Positions 38,682 through 47,957 of a stretch of DNA of 64,000 nt are shown piece after piece (within the stretch, counting starts at the first letter, position 1; every line of letters begins with the position of its first letter). A model generated the notes under the pieces. It searched no databases, was not told the origin of the DNA, and worked only from the letters and a program-made list of their open reading frames with translations. The translations under genes and the position numbers were made by a program. The DNA comes from Thermoplasmatota archaeon (GTDB lineage Archaea > Thermoplasmatota > E2 > JACPAO01 > JAHFTW01): positions 128,001 through 192,000 of the forward strand of contig JBFIHX010000002.1 in NCBI GenBank assembly GCA_041601615.1, read 5' to 3'.

Positions 38682-39043
38682 ACCCGGACGACTGGGGGCG
38701 GCGTGAAAAACCCCCCCGCTTCGATTGATCCCTCCCTCGGGGTGCCTCGGCTCGCTTCGGCGGGCTCAAGTAGACGCAATCGGATGAGGGCCCAGATGGA
38801 TGCAAAGACCGTAACCCATGTTGTCGACGAGGTTCAGGTCGTGGGAGCCGCCGCGGCATAGACCTGCCTCAACGGAAGGAACGGGGCCGGGCCAGAGCGG
38901 GAACAGAATTCACAGACCGCTTCCCTACTGAACGATGGCCCTGGACGGCCGGGGCCGTGCAACGCGCCGCGCCACGCCGTGGAGCATTGGATACGTACGG
39001 TTCACTCGCCAAGCGCTTTGAAACCTCGACCTATTGATTGCGC

Positions 39044-39316
39044 ATGCGAATTCTGCTCTTGGTAAGCATGGCTGTCAGTCTCGCCGTCGTCCCGTCTGCC
39101 TCTGCGTCCCCGTGTGTCGGCGCCAACGTGCCTTGCTGGTCCGAATACGGTCAAGAACAAGCCAACCGCGAGATCGACAATGTTCAGCAGGCCATCAACG
39201 ACGGCATCGACACCGCGCAGGACCTGCTTGTATGGCTGCTGGGCATGGCCACGGATCCGCCGCCTGTTGTGTGCTGGAATCAGGAACCCATTTGGCCTGT
39301 CATTGGACGTTGCTAG
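39044..39316 (+). CDS. Small secreted 4-Cys peptide (P3)
   Basis: Signal ending AVVPSASA; C-x6-C, amphipathic acidic helix, C-x12-C. Confidence 0.78.
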   Translation: MRILLLVSMAVSLAVVPSASASPCVGANVPCWSEYGQEQANREIDNVQQAINDGIDTAQDLLVWLLGMATDPPPVVCWNQEPIWPVIGRC

Positions 39317-39402
39317 GCTGCGTTTTGCTCCGGCGTCGGCCGCCCACTCGATAATGAAGAGCCGCCGCACAAGCGTCTAGGACCTGAGCGATATGTCCTC
39401 GC

Positions 39403-39669
39403 ATGCGCCCCCTCCTCGTGCTCGCCCTTCTGGGCCTAAGCCTCGCATTCGTACCGTCGGTCTCCGCTGCGCCTTGCAATGGACAGCTTGCCATTGAGAC
39501 GGAATGCTGGATCGAATACGTCGAACCCCGGGTCAACAGTGTCGTCGACACGGCGCAGGAAACCGCAAACGACGCCGTCGACGATGTGCAGGGTATCCTG
39601 TTTCCTGAAGACCCGTACGCCTGCTGGCGCCTGCCTCCCGTGCGCCCCTACATCGACCAGTGCTGGTAG
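39403..39669 (+). CDS. Small secreted 4-Cys peptide (P4)
   Basis: Signal ending AFVPSVSA; C-x9-C, helix, C-x12-C-W. Confidence 0.8.
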   Translation: MRPLLVLALLGLSLAFVPSVSAAPCNGQLAIETECWIEYVEPRVNSVVDTAQETANDAVDDVQGILFPEDPYACWRLPPVRPYIDQCW

Positions 39670-39670
39670 G

Positions 39671-39930
39671 TCGGCACCGGTCATTCCTGTGACCGCGCAG
39701 GCTGCGGCGTGCCCTGCAACGCCCAGTACTTGTCGGGCATCGACTGCCACATCGATTACTGGCAAGTCCGCACCGATTACGCCATCGACACCGTGGAGGA
39801 CACGACCCAACAGGACCTGAGCCTAGTCCAGGACGCGGTCAACCGGCAACTCGACAAGTGGGGCGCCATCGCGGACGACATCTACGAGGGCATCCCCTGC
39901 GTCGGCCCCGGCGGGCCCGTCTGCTGGTAG
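39671..39930 (+). pseudogene. Third tandem 4-Cys peptide (P5), 5'-truncated or frameshifted
   Basis: Mature part PCNAQYLSGIDC...PCVGPGGPVCW (39709-39930) is intact; the signal remnant VIPVTAQAAA lies in another frame. Confidence 0.6.
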
Positions 39931-39941
39931 GTGGGTAGCCG

Positions 39942-41114
39942 TTATGCGGTGACGTGCTGGATGACGTCGGGCACCGGAGGCGCTTCCACGAACTCGCCTT
40001 CCCGGCGTTCGATCTTCTTGCCGCCCATCTCCACCAATTCATTCCCGTTCCACTTCGGCCGCAGCAATTCGCGGGGCTTGCACGTCGCCAACAGGTAGTT
40101 GGCCACGATCGGCCAGGCCATGATGACGTCGGCGTAGCAGGTGGCCTTGGTGGCCTTGGCGTGGACCTTGCCCCATGCCTGCGCTTCCTCCAGGGTCGAG
40201 CCGGAGAGGCCGTTCCATTCGGGGCGGTCCATGGTAATATTCACCGCATACTCGTGGCCTTCGCGGTCCGTGTACTCGGTGGTCTCGCAGACAACCTCGC
40301 AGTCGTTGACGAAGTTCTTGGGCACACCGCCGCCGAGGTAGATGACGCAGCTCTTCTTCGAGTTGCCCTTGAGTTGGGTGATCTCCCAGTTGTCTGCCAC
40401 GGGGTCGTGGATGAACGTCTTCTGGGTGCCGGCGCGGGTGTGGCGCCAGTGGTTGATGCAGAGGCCGATGCCCATGCTGCAGTCGGTGAGGGCGGGGATC
40501 CACAGGGGCACGTCGAGGCGGTTGACGGCGGCAAGCACGCCCTCGTTGGCGGCCTTGAGGTCATTGAACTCGCGGCGCTCGCGGATCGTCTGGCCTACGA
40601 AGTCGGTGAACTGCCGGCTGGTCTTGGGGCCCCGCAGCTCAGCGGCGTCGGCGAGGTAGCTGATGTAACCGTCGCAGGCACGCAGGAAGTCCTCGTCGAT
40701 GTAGGAGTCGTAGAGGCGGTCGATCATGTGCTCGCGCAGGAGCAAATTGTCGATCGAGGGGCGTCCTTGGCCGACGGGGCCGCCGAGCGAGAGGTACAGA
40801 TCGTCGTCGATGCAGCCGCCGGTGCTGACCCAGGCGTCGATGAAGCCTGCTTCCATGAGCTTGACGAACAAGTCGCGCATGCCCGTAGAAATCAGTGTGC
40901 CTGCGGTGGCGAGGATGATGGTGGGGCGCTCGGGGTCTTCGATGGCGCGGCGCAGAATGTCGCAGACCATGCCGAGCTGTCGGCCTTGGGCGCTGGTGTT
41001 GCGCATTTGGTCGATGAGCTCTACAAGGCCCGCGGTGGGCTGCACTTGCGTCACGGGTGTTTGAAAGAAGTCGGTCTTCTGCCAGTCGTATTCGGGGTCG
41101 ATGCGGGGTACCAT
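39942..41114 (-). CDS. Deoxyhypusine synthase-like protein (DHS or homospermidine synthase type)
   Basis: GTLISTGMR, VSTG, IDRLYD, PALTDCSMG, GGGVPKNF, GLSGSTLEEAQAWGKV (catalytic Lys present); SD GGAGGTGA 5 nt before ATG 41114. Confidence 0.9.
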   Translation of the reverse strand: MVPRIDPEYDWQKTDFFQTPVTQVQPTAGLVELIDQMRNTSAQGRQLGMVCDILRRAIEDPERPTIILATAGTLISTGMRDLFVKLMEAGFIDAWVSTGGCIDDDLYLSLGGPVGQGRPSIDNLLLREHMIDRLYDSYIDEDFLRACDGYISYLADAAELRGPKTSRQFTDFVGQTIRERREFNDLKAANEGVLAAVNRLDVPLWIPALTDCSMGIGLCINHWRHTRAGTQKTFIHDPVADNWEITQLKGNSKKSCVIYLGGGVPKNFVNDCEVVCETTEYTDREGHEYAVNITMDRPEWNGLSGSTLEEAQAWGKVHAKATKATCYADVIMAWPIVANYLLATCKPRELLRPKWNGNELVEMGGKKIERREGEFVEAPPVPDVIQHVTA

Positions 41115-41228
41115 GGGGTTCACCTCCAGGTGGGCCGCCGGGCTCGCAGGCTGGCAGGGCCGTGTAGGGGGTGTTCCAGTGGAGGTGGTAGATGAAGTTG
41201 ACGCGCAAATTGCCCCCACACCATAATT

Positions 41229-41242
41229 ACCCAAATTTGGGT
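41229..41242. promoter_or_regulatory. Perfect 14-bp palindrome ACCCAAATTTGGGT between divergent genes
   Basis: Read directly; lies in the AT-rich gap between the DHS-like gene and the RLAN operon. Confidence 0.55.
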
Positions 41243-41293
41243 TCATAGGGCATTCCTAAACCCTGCCCACGCAAGACCCCCAACGGGAATCCA

Positions 41294-41941
41294 TTGCCTG
41301 ACCCCCCTCCTGCCGCCTCGACGCCGCCTCGACGACTTCCGTCTCGACGAGGTGCCGCTCCGCTGGCCCCCGTTTTCGTAAACCTGTGTGGTGATTATCG
41401 CTTCCTGCGCGGTGGCTACTGGGCCCTCGTGGACTCAGAACTCAACGGCGTCGAAAGCCGCCCAACTCCGATGCAAGCGGTCACCGCCCAAAACGCCGCC
41501 GCAAGCCTGCTTGTTGCCGCCCGCAACGGCATACCTTGTGCCGCCTGGACCGTCGCCAAACGCGCCGAAGACGTAGTGCCGCCGTGCATCCTTGTGCCCA
41601 ACGCTGGCCACACGGACACCTACTACCACGTCCAAAGCCCACGATCGGCCGCAAGCCAATGGCGAAGTGCTACCCAGAACGGCACCCGTGCAGCCCTTGC
41701 GATTCAGAAGGCCGGCCCACTCAAGAGCCTCAAATCCATCACAGGCGTCACCACCAACGCCGAGTTCGACCTCGCCTGGCGCGTCTGGGCAGTCTTCGGA
41801 ATTCCCCTATGCACGGTCTGGTACCTGGACGCCCCCGAAGGGCCGCAGTTTGTCAGCCTGGACCCCTTGCCCTTGCACGAGCTTACGGAGCGCGAGCTGC
41901 GCATGTACGAGGGGGTGAGCGCACGTCCCATGTCGCAATAG
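41294..41941 (+). CDS. RimK-like ATP-grasp N-terminal (RLAN) domain protein
   Basis: FVNLCGDYRFLRGGYWALVDSELNG..SRPT matches the RLAN pattern NLC..Y.Y...GYY.SL.AE..G....P; TTG start uncertain. Confidence 0.75.
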   Translation: MPDPPPAASTPPRRLPSRRGAAPLAPVFVNLCGDYRFLRGGYWALVDSELNGVESRPTPMQAVTAQNAAASLLVAARNGIPCAAWTVAKRAEDVVPPCILVPNAGHTDTYYHVQSPRSAASQWRSATQNGTRAALAIQKAGPLKSLKSITGVTTNAEFDLAWRVWAVFGIPLCTVWYLDAPEGPQFVSLDPLPLHELTERELRMYEGVSARPMSQ

Positions 41942-42819
41942 TTACGGAGGCCGCAAGCCGGGCCCGGTCCGCCGAGCACCGCGCCATGCGCGCCTACATC
42001 GACCAAGCACCGGAACACGGGCACACCGCGGCCATCATCGACGTATCCGAATTCCACAAGCTGGCCGAATTCGACGCCGCCCTGCTGCGCCTGGACACGA
42101 ACGTCCTGGGCCTGAGCTGGGCTGCGAGCCGCCACGCCTGGGAACTGGGTCTTCGCGTTGTGGATGATCCTCGCAGCATTCTCACCTGCATGAACAAAGC
42201 CCACGTCCAGGGGCTCTTGGAGCGTGCGAGCGTTCCAACGCCGGACACGATTCTCTTGACGCGTGCCGGATACGATCACCTGGATGCGGAAGCGATGTTC
42301 GAGGAACTCGGATCTCCCATCGTATGCAAAGCGCCTTCGGGGGCATTCAGCAGCGCCGTCGAAAAGGCCCACGACGCGGCGGGCCTCCGTGCGACCGTCA
42401 AGCGGTTTGCCGGGCGCAGCGACGTGGTCCTCCTGCAGCGCTATTCTCCGAGCACATTCGACTGGCGCGTCGGCATCCTCTGCGGCATTCCGCTCTATGC
42501 TGCTCGCTACCACATCCCCAAGGGTGCCTGGCGCATCCATGACAAACCCGAAGGCCAGACCCGCAAGGAATGGGCCAAAGTGGAGCGCGTGGAACTCGCC
42601 GACGTTCCCCCGGCCATCATGGACGCGGCGCAACGAGCCGCGGACACCATTGGTCGTAGCCTGTACGGCGTCGACTTGAAGGAACTGGCCGACGGCAGCG
42701 TCGTGGTTATCGAGGTCAACGACAACCCCAACATCGACTGGGACAGCGAACTTCCTGCCGGCAGCCCCGTCTTCGGGCGCATCCTAGACCTCGTCGCCCG
42801 GGAAGGGCCCCGTGCCTAA
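41923..42819 (+). CDS. RimK-family ATP-grasp ligase
   Basis: VVDDPRSILTCMNK, PIVCKAPSGAFS, FDWRVGIL, LYGVDLKE, VIEVNDNPNID. Start placed at in-frame ACG 41923; first ATG is at 41986. Confidence 0.88.
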   Translation, partial: TSHVAIVTEAASRARSAEHRAMRAYIDQAPEHGHTAAIIDVSEFHKLAEFDAALLRLDTNVLGLSWAASRHAWELGLRVVDDPRSILTCMNKAHVQGLLERASVPTPDTILLTRAGYDHLDAEAMFEELGSPIVCKAPSGAFSSAVEKAHDAAGLRATVKRFAGRSDVVLLQRYSPSTFDWRVGILCGIPLYAARYHIPKGAWRIHDKPEGQTRKEWAKVERVELADVPPAIMDAAQRAADTIGRSLYGVDLKELADGSVVVIEVNDNPNIDWDSELPAGSPVFGRILDLVAREGPRA

Positions 42820-43261
42820 GCCCGCGCTGCGTCGGGCGGAGGTCGCGGATCTGGACGGAATCGTTGCGCTGGAAACTGCGTGCTTCGAGCCGGAGCGACG
42901 AGCAAGCCGAAGCAGCCTGCGCCGCAGCCTACTGAGCCCACGCCAAGCGGTCTGGGTCTTAGCGGATGGTGCCGCCATCGTTGGCAGCCTCGTCTTGTGG
43001 CACCACCCCCTCACGACCCGCATCTACGGCGTGGCGGTTGACCCTGCGTGTCAGGGACAGGGGTTGGGGGAAGTACTCATGCAGCACGCCGAGCAGGAAG
43101 CCATGCAGGCCGGCGCCCGGCACGTGACCCTGGAGGCCGACGAAGGGCGCGCACGGCTGGTGGGTTGGTACGAACGCCTTGGATACCGCCGCGTGCGGTT
43201 GCGCGAGGACTTCTACGCGCCTGGGCGCGGGGCGTGGCGGATGGAAAAAAGCCTCCCCTGA
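42812..43261 (+). CDS. GNAT (RimI-like) N-acetyltransferase
   Basis: RIYGVAVDPACQGQGLG, LEAD, WYERLGY, DFYAPG; overlaps the ATP-grasp stop. Confidence 0.9.
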   Translation: MPKPALRRAEVADLDGIVALETACFEPERRASRSSLRRSLLSPRQAVWVLADGAAIVGSLVLWHHPLTTRIYGVAVDPACQGQGLGEVLMQHAEQEAMQAGARHVTLEADEGRARLVGWYERLGYRRVRLREDFYAPGRGAWRMEKSLP

Positions 43262-43285
43262 GTCCGACACGGGTGCAGATATCGT

Positions 43286-43984
43286 TCATGCAACGGGGGA
43301 CACAGCCGTTGGCGCGCTCTCGGCGGGGGTGCCGGGGCCGTCGTGTTCGCCGACTAGGGCTTGGTAGTACACGGCCACCGCCTGGCCAATCCAAGTGATG
43401 GATACGAGCACCCCGAGCACCAGCACCAAAAGGCCTGCGAGCACGATGAGAAACGACAGGATTCCGAGCCCAAACAGCGACCAGAATCGACCGCGTGTCA
43501 GCTCCCAGCTTCGACGCAGCGCAGCAACCGGGCCCTGCCGCTCGTCCAACAGCGCATAGGTCGTGAAGGTCAAGCGAACCGCCACGTAGATTCCCGGCAG
43601 AATCAGCAGTAGTAGCCCGGCCATGACGGCGAGCCAGGCAAGAACGGCCGTCCCAACCGCCTGGGGCCAGATGCGCCAACCCTCCAACCAGTCGCCAAAC
43701 TTGGGTGTCTTGCTGCGGCTTACTCGAAGATGGGCCCACGCGAGGCCCGTAGAAAACGGAGCAAGCACAAGAAACGCATACAGCAGAAAAATCGTCTGAA
43801 GTCCAAAGGCGGCCGCCGCGCTAGCATCGCCAAGAACGAGCCCCGCGATGCTACCCGGAGCTTCCAGCAAGAGGGTTAGGAATGCGAGACCGACGAGAAG
43901 CCAGAAAGGTGCTCGAATGTTTTGGAACGCCCGTTTCAAAACGGCCGCGACGCGAACGGGTCGGTTGCTTGGAGGAGACGACAT
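43286..43984 (-). CDS. Hypothetical membrane protein (GDPD membrane-domain/DUF975-like)
   Basis: [25 protein letters not shown] motifs; about five TM helices. Confidence 0.8.
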   Translation of the reverse strand: MSSPPSNRPVRVAAVLKRAFQNIRAPFWLLVGLAFLTLLLEAPGSIAGLVLGDASAAAAFGLQTIFLLYAFLVLAPFSTGLAWAHLRVSRSKTPKFGDWLEGWRIWPQAVGTAVLAWLAVMAGLLLLILPGIYVAVRLTFTTYALLDERQGPVAALRRSWELTRGRFWSLFGLGILSFLIVLAGLLVLVLGVLVSITWIGQAVAVYYQALVGEHDGPGTPAESAPTAVSPVA

Positions 43985-44081
43985 TCAGCCACGCCACCCG
44001 GCGCGCCCTCAAGAACGGGCCTTGCAGCTTTGGGCGGCAGCAACCGGAGCCCGGGTCAGACAGCGCGATGTGTCGGCTTGC

Positions 44082-44336
44082 TCAGTTGCTCGTTTCGAAC
44101 ATGTTGATGACACAAGCGCCGTCCCAAGTGCGCCCGTAATCATCGTACCACCCGGCGCAGTACTGCGTGCACGTGGACTGCGAACAGGGGTAGGTGCCGA
44201 CGCAATAGTAGCGCGGAATCTCCATGTGGTCCAAGACACACACTTCGTCTTGAGCAGCGGCAGGCTCGGCGACCAGCAATGCGGCAAGAGGCATGAGCAG
44301 GAGCAGAGCTGTGGCGACCAGGGTTTGGCGGCGCAT
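44082..44336 (-). CDS. Small secreted 6-Cys peptide (P6)
   Basis: Hidden at the end of a shadow ORF: signal [28 protein letters not shown], then a 56-aa mature peptide with 6 Cys, Tyr-rich. Confidence 0.7.
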   Translation of the reverse strand: MRRQTLVATALLLLMPLAALLVAEPAAAQDEVCVLDHMEIPRYYCVGTYPCSQSTCTQYCAGWYDDYGRTWDGACVINMFETSN

Positions 44337-44495
44337 GGGGCCGAATCTTGGGCTTGCAAATTGAGCGTTGTCGCCAACATCCTCCCCACATCTGGTCCAC
44401 ACTGCCTGGAACGGAGGGGCACGGTGCTGCATTTGGGCCTGCCTTCGGGGACCCCTCTCGCCAACCCTTATCAATTCGGTCGGGTCGGCACGGCC

Positions 44496-45827
<1,332 letters not shown>

Positions 45828-45922
45828 GCCAATAGGCTGCAAGGAAAAAGGCAGGAAAAGGCGTCGCGGAGCCATGAGCTCAGGCTCGGCCACGCAACGT
45901 AGCTCTACAACGTGCGTTCTGC

Positions 45923-46285
45923 TTACGGGAAGACTACGTTGCAGAAGGAACCGGCAAAGGCACGGCAGTTGCTCTCCGCCACCGTCTCGGCGGTCGTGAT
46001 GTAATCATTGCCGATGCCAACCGCGGTTTCGATTCGGAGGTTGACTTCGACGATGAGGGGGTTCACGATGCCTTCTGCCGTGGTGATGGCAAAGCATTGC
46101 GTGTCGAGCACGAAGTCCACCGTTTGTTCCACGGGGGAGTCGCCGGGTTGGCTACACGGAATGGGCGGGGCTTCCGACATCTCCAGTTCCTCCAATTGGG
46201 GCGGCTGCATGGCAAACGCGGAGGCAGACGGCAGGAGCATCAGGGTCAGCATCGCGGTCATCGCGACGGGTAGGGCTTTGGTCAT
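45923..46285 (-). CDS. Small secreted 4-Cys peptide (P7), divergent from the LOX-like gene
   Basis: Signal ending MLLPSASA; C-x19-C, long amphipathic helix, C-x7-C. Confidence 0.72.
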   Translation of the reverse strand: MTKALPVAMTAMLTLMLLPSASAFAMQPPQLEELEMSEAPPIPCSQPGDSPVEQTVDFVLDTQCFAITTAEGIVNPLIVEVNLRIETAVGIGNDYITTAETVAESNCRAFAGSFCNVVFP

Positions 46286-46480
46286 AGAATTCACCGACTC
46301 CTGTTGGAGTCCGTGTCGCATAGGCACCGCCTGCATGATTCTTTGCCAGCGCACCGTTTGTATCCAATCGGCCCAATAGAATACTAGGGCGGTGCCCGCG
46401 TGGCCTTGGGTGCCAACGAAGGAGGATTGGAACGGTTGCAATCGAGAAAAGCCTGAAATCGTAGACCACGATGCTGTAGA

Positions 46481-47845
46481 ATGGGCGCACAACTCCCCTG
46501 CCTGCTCTTGCTTGCCTTGACGGTATTTGGGGGATGCCTCGAGAATGATTCCGCCGGCTTCCAGCCACTGGAAAGAGTGGATGAGGACCTGATTCTCATG
46601 TGGCAAAGTCCAAACTTGGTTGGACCCGAACAGAGCAACGACAACAACCCCCCGCCCATCATGCCCCGCCCACCCCGCCCCGCGTGCGACGGCGCCAATT
46701 GCCATGTGCAGAACTTCACCATCGGGGACACCGGCGGCCGAGACGTCGCCATCAGCATCGAATGGGAAGGCCAGGACGAATCCTATGACCTTGGCAACGG
46801 GCCCGCCGGGTACCTCGGATCTGCGAACCTAGCCCTTGACTTGGTGATTCTGCGAGACGGCGTGCAGATCACAGACGGCGTGGAGTCGTTCCACTATGCC
46901 GGCGTTGCAATCCTGCACGACCCGGAACCCGGCGCGTACGCCGCCGAAGTGGTCGCCCGCTGGGGCACGGGAAGCTACCTCGGCGTCGTGCGTATCCAGG
47001 ACCCGAACCCCGGCTCTGATGTGCAAAAGCATGCTCTTGGGTTGCCAGACCTGGTGATGCTGCCGCCGGACCATTTGACCTTCGAGCAACCGCTGCTTGC
47101 CCAAGCATCCTTGGCACTCTCGGCAATTTCCCCCGGCTGTGGCCCCGACGAATTTGTAGAAGATCAAGAGCTGCGCTGCCTGCGCTTTGCCGGAATTCTA
47201 GGCAACCAAGGGCCCGGCGACCTAGAAACCCGGCTGCAATACGACGAAGCGGTTCGATCTACACTGGGCTCCGGCAACTGGGAACAACGCATCTTTTTGC
47301 CCGAAGGTGAAGAGACCATCACGATTGGGCCCGCACAGTACCATGCCGTGCACGGCCACTACCACATCCTCGATTTCGTAGACACCCACCTCTACGCATA
47401 CGACGAGGAAACCGGCACCCGCGGCGACGAACTGGGCACCGGACGAAAAACAGGCTTCTGCATCATCGACGGCGGCCTCATCGACCCCCTTGCACCAGCC
47501 GTCCCGCCCAAGTACCACGGCAACGGCTGCTGCTATCTGGCCGGCCTTTGCCAACTCGACATGGCAACCAACCCACACTTCGTCATGGGCATGAGTGCCG
47601 GCTGGTACGACATCTACCCCTGGTGGCGCGCCGACCAATACGTGGAGGTCCGTGGAATCACCGACGGCACCTACGAACTCGTGTCCGTGATCAACCCCGA
47701 TGGACTCCTACGAGAAGGAAACCAAGCCAACAACGAAGCAAGCACCGTGTTCCGCCTCACCGGAAACACCATCGAGATGCTGTCGCAACACACCCAAGCC
47801 GACGTAGGGCCCCACCTCGACGCCGATTGGGGCTACGGCGCATGA
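46481..47845 (+). CDS. Lysyl oxidase-like lipoprotein
   Basis: FGGC lipobox; RCLRF, YHAVHGHYH (Cu site), GRKTGFC (LTQ Lys), GMSAGWYDIY (LTQ Tyr), DQYV..DGTYEL..INPD..E..NN. Confidence 0.83.
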   Translation: MGAQLPCLLLLALTVFGGCLENDSAGFQPLERVDEDLILMWQSPNLVGPEQSNDNNPPPIMPRPPRPACDGANCHVQNFTIGDTGGRDVAISIEWEGQDESYDLGNGPAGYLGSANLALDLVILRDGVQITDGVESFHYAGVAILHDPEPGAYAAEVVARWGTGSYLGVVRIQDPNPGSDVQKHALGLPDLVMLPPDHLTFEQPLLAQASLALSAISPGCGPDEFVEDQELRCLRFAGILGNQGPGDLETRLQYDEAVRSTLGSGNWEQRIFLPEGEETITIGPAQYHAVHGHYHILDFVDTHLYAYDEETGTRGDELGTGRKTGFCIIDGGLIDPLAPAVPPKYHGNGCCYLAGLCQLDMATNPHFVMGMSAGWYDIYPWWRADQYVEVRGITDGTYELVSVINPDGLLREGNQANNEASTVFRLTGNTIEMLSQHTQADVGPHLDADWGYGA

Positions 47846-47957
47846 CGAAGTGCCGAGGCCGATTACGACCGATGCACACGCAGATCCGCACCCGCAGTAT
47901 TGACCGGTTCGGGCCGTCGCGGACACGCTGATATACATCCGTCCGACTGGCCGCGCA

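Noticed and set aside
41173-41183. GTTCCAGTGGA mini-ORB-like sequence in the DHS-like gene leader
   Set aside because: Single copy with no G-string or inverted partner; could be chance.
39044-42819. The tandem Cys peptides as graspetide precursors of the nearby ATP-grasp ligase
   Set aside because: The peptides have Sec signal peptides, and P3 and P4 have no Lys and no graspetide-type core. The ligase is RLAN/RimK type and is separated from them by the DHS-like gene.
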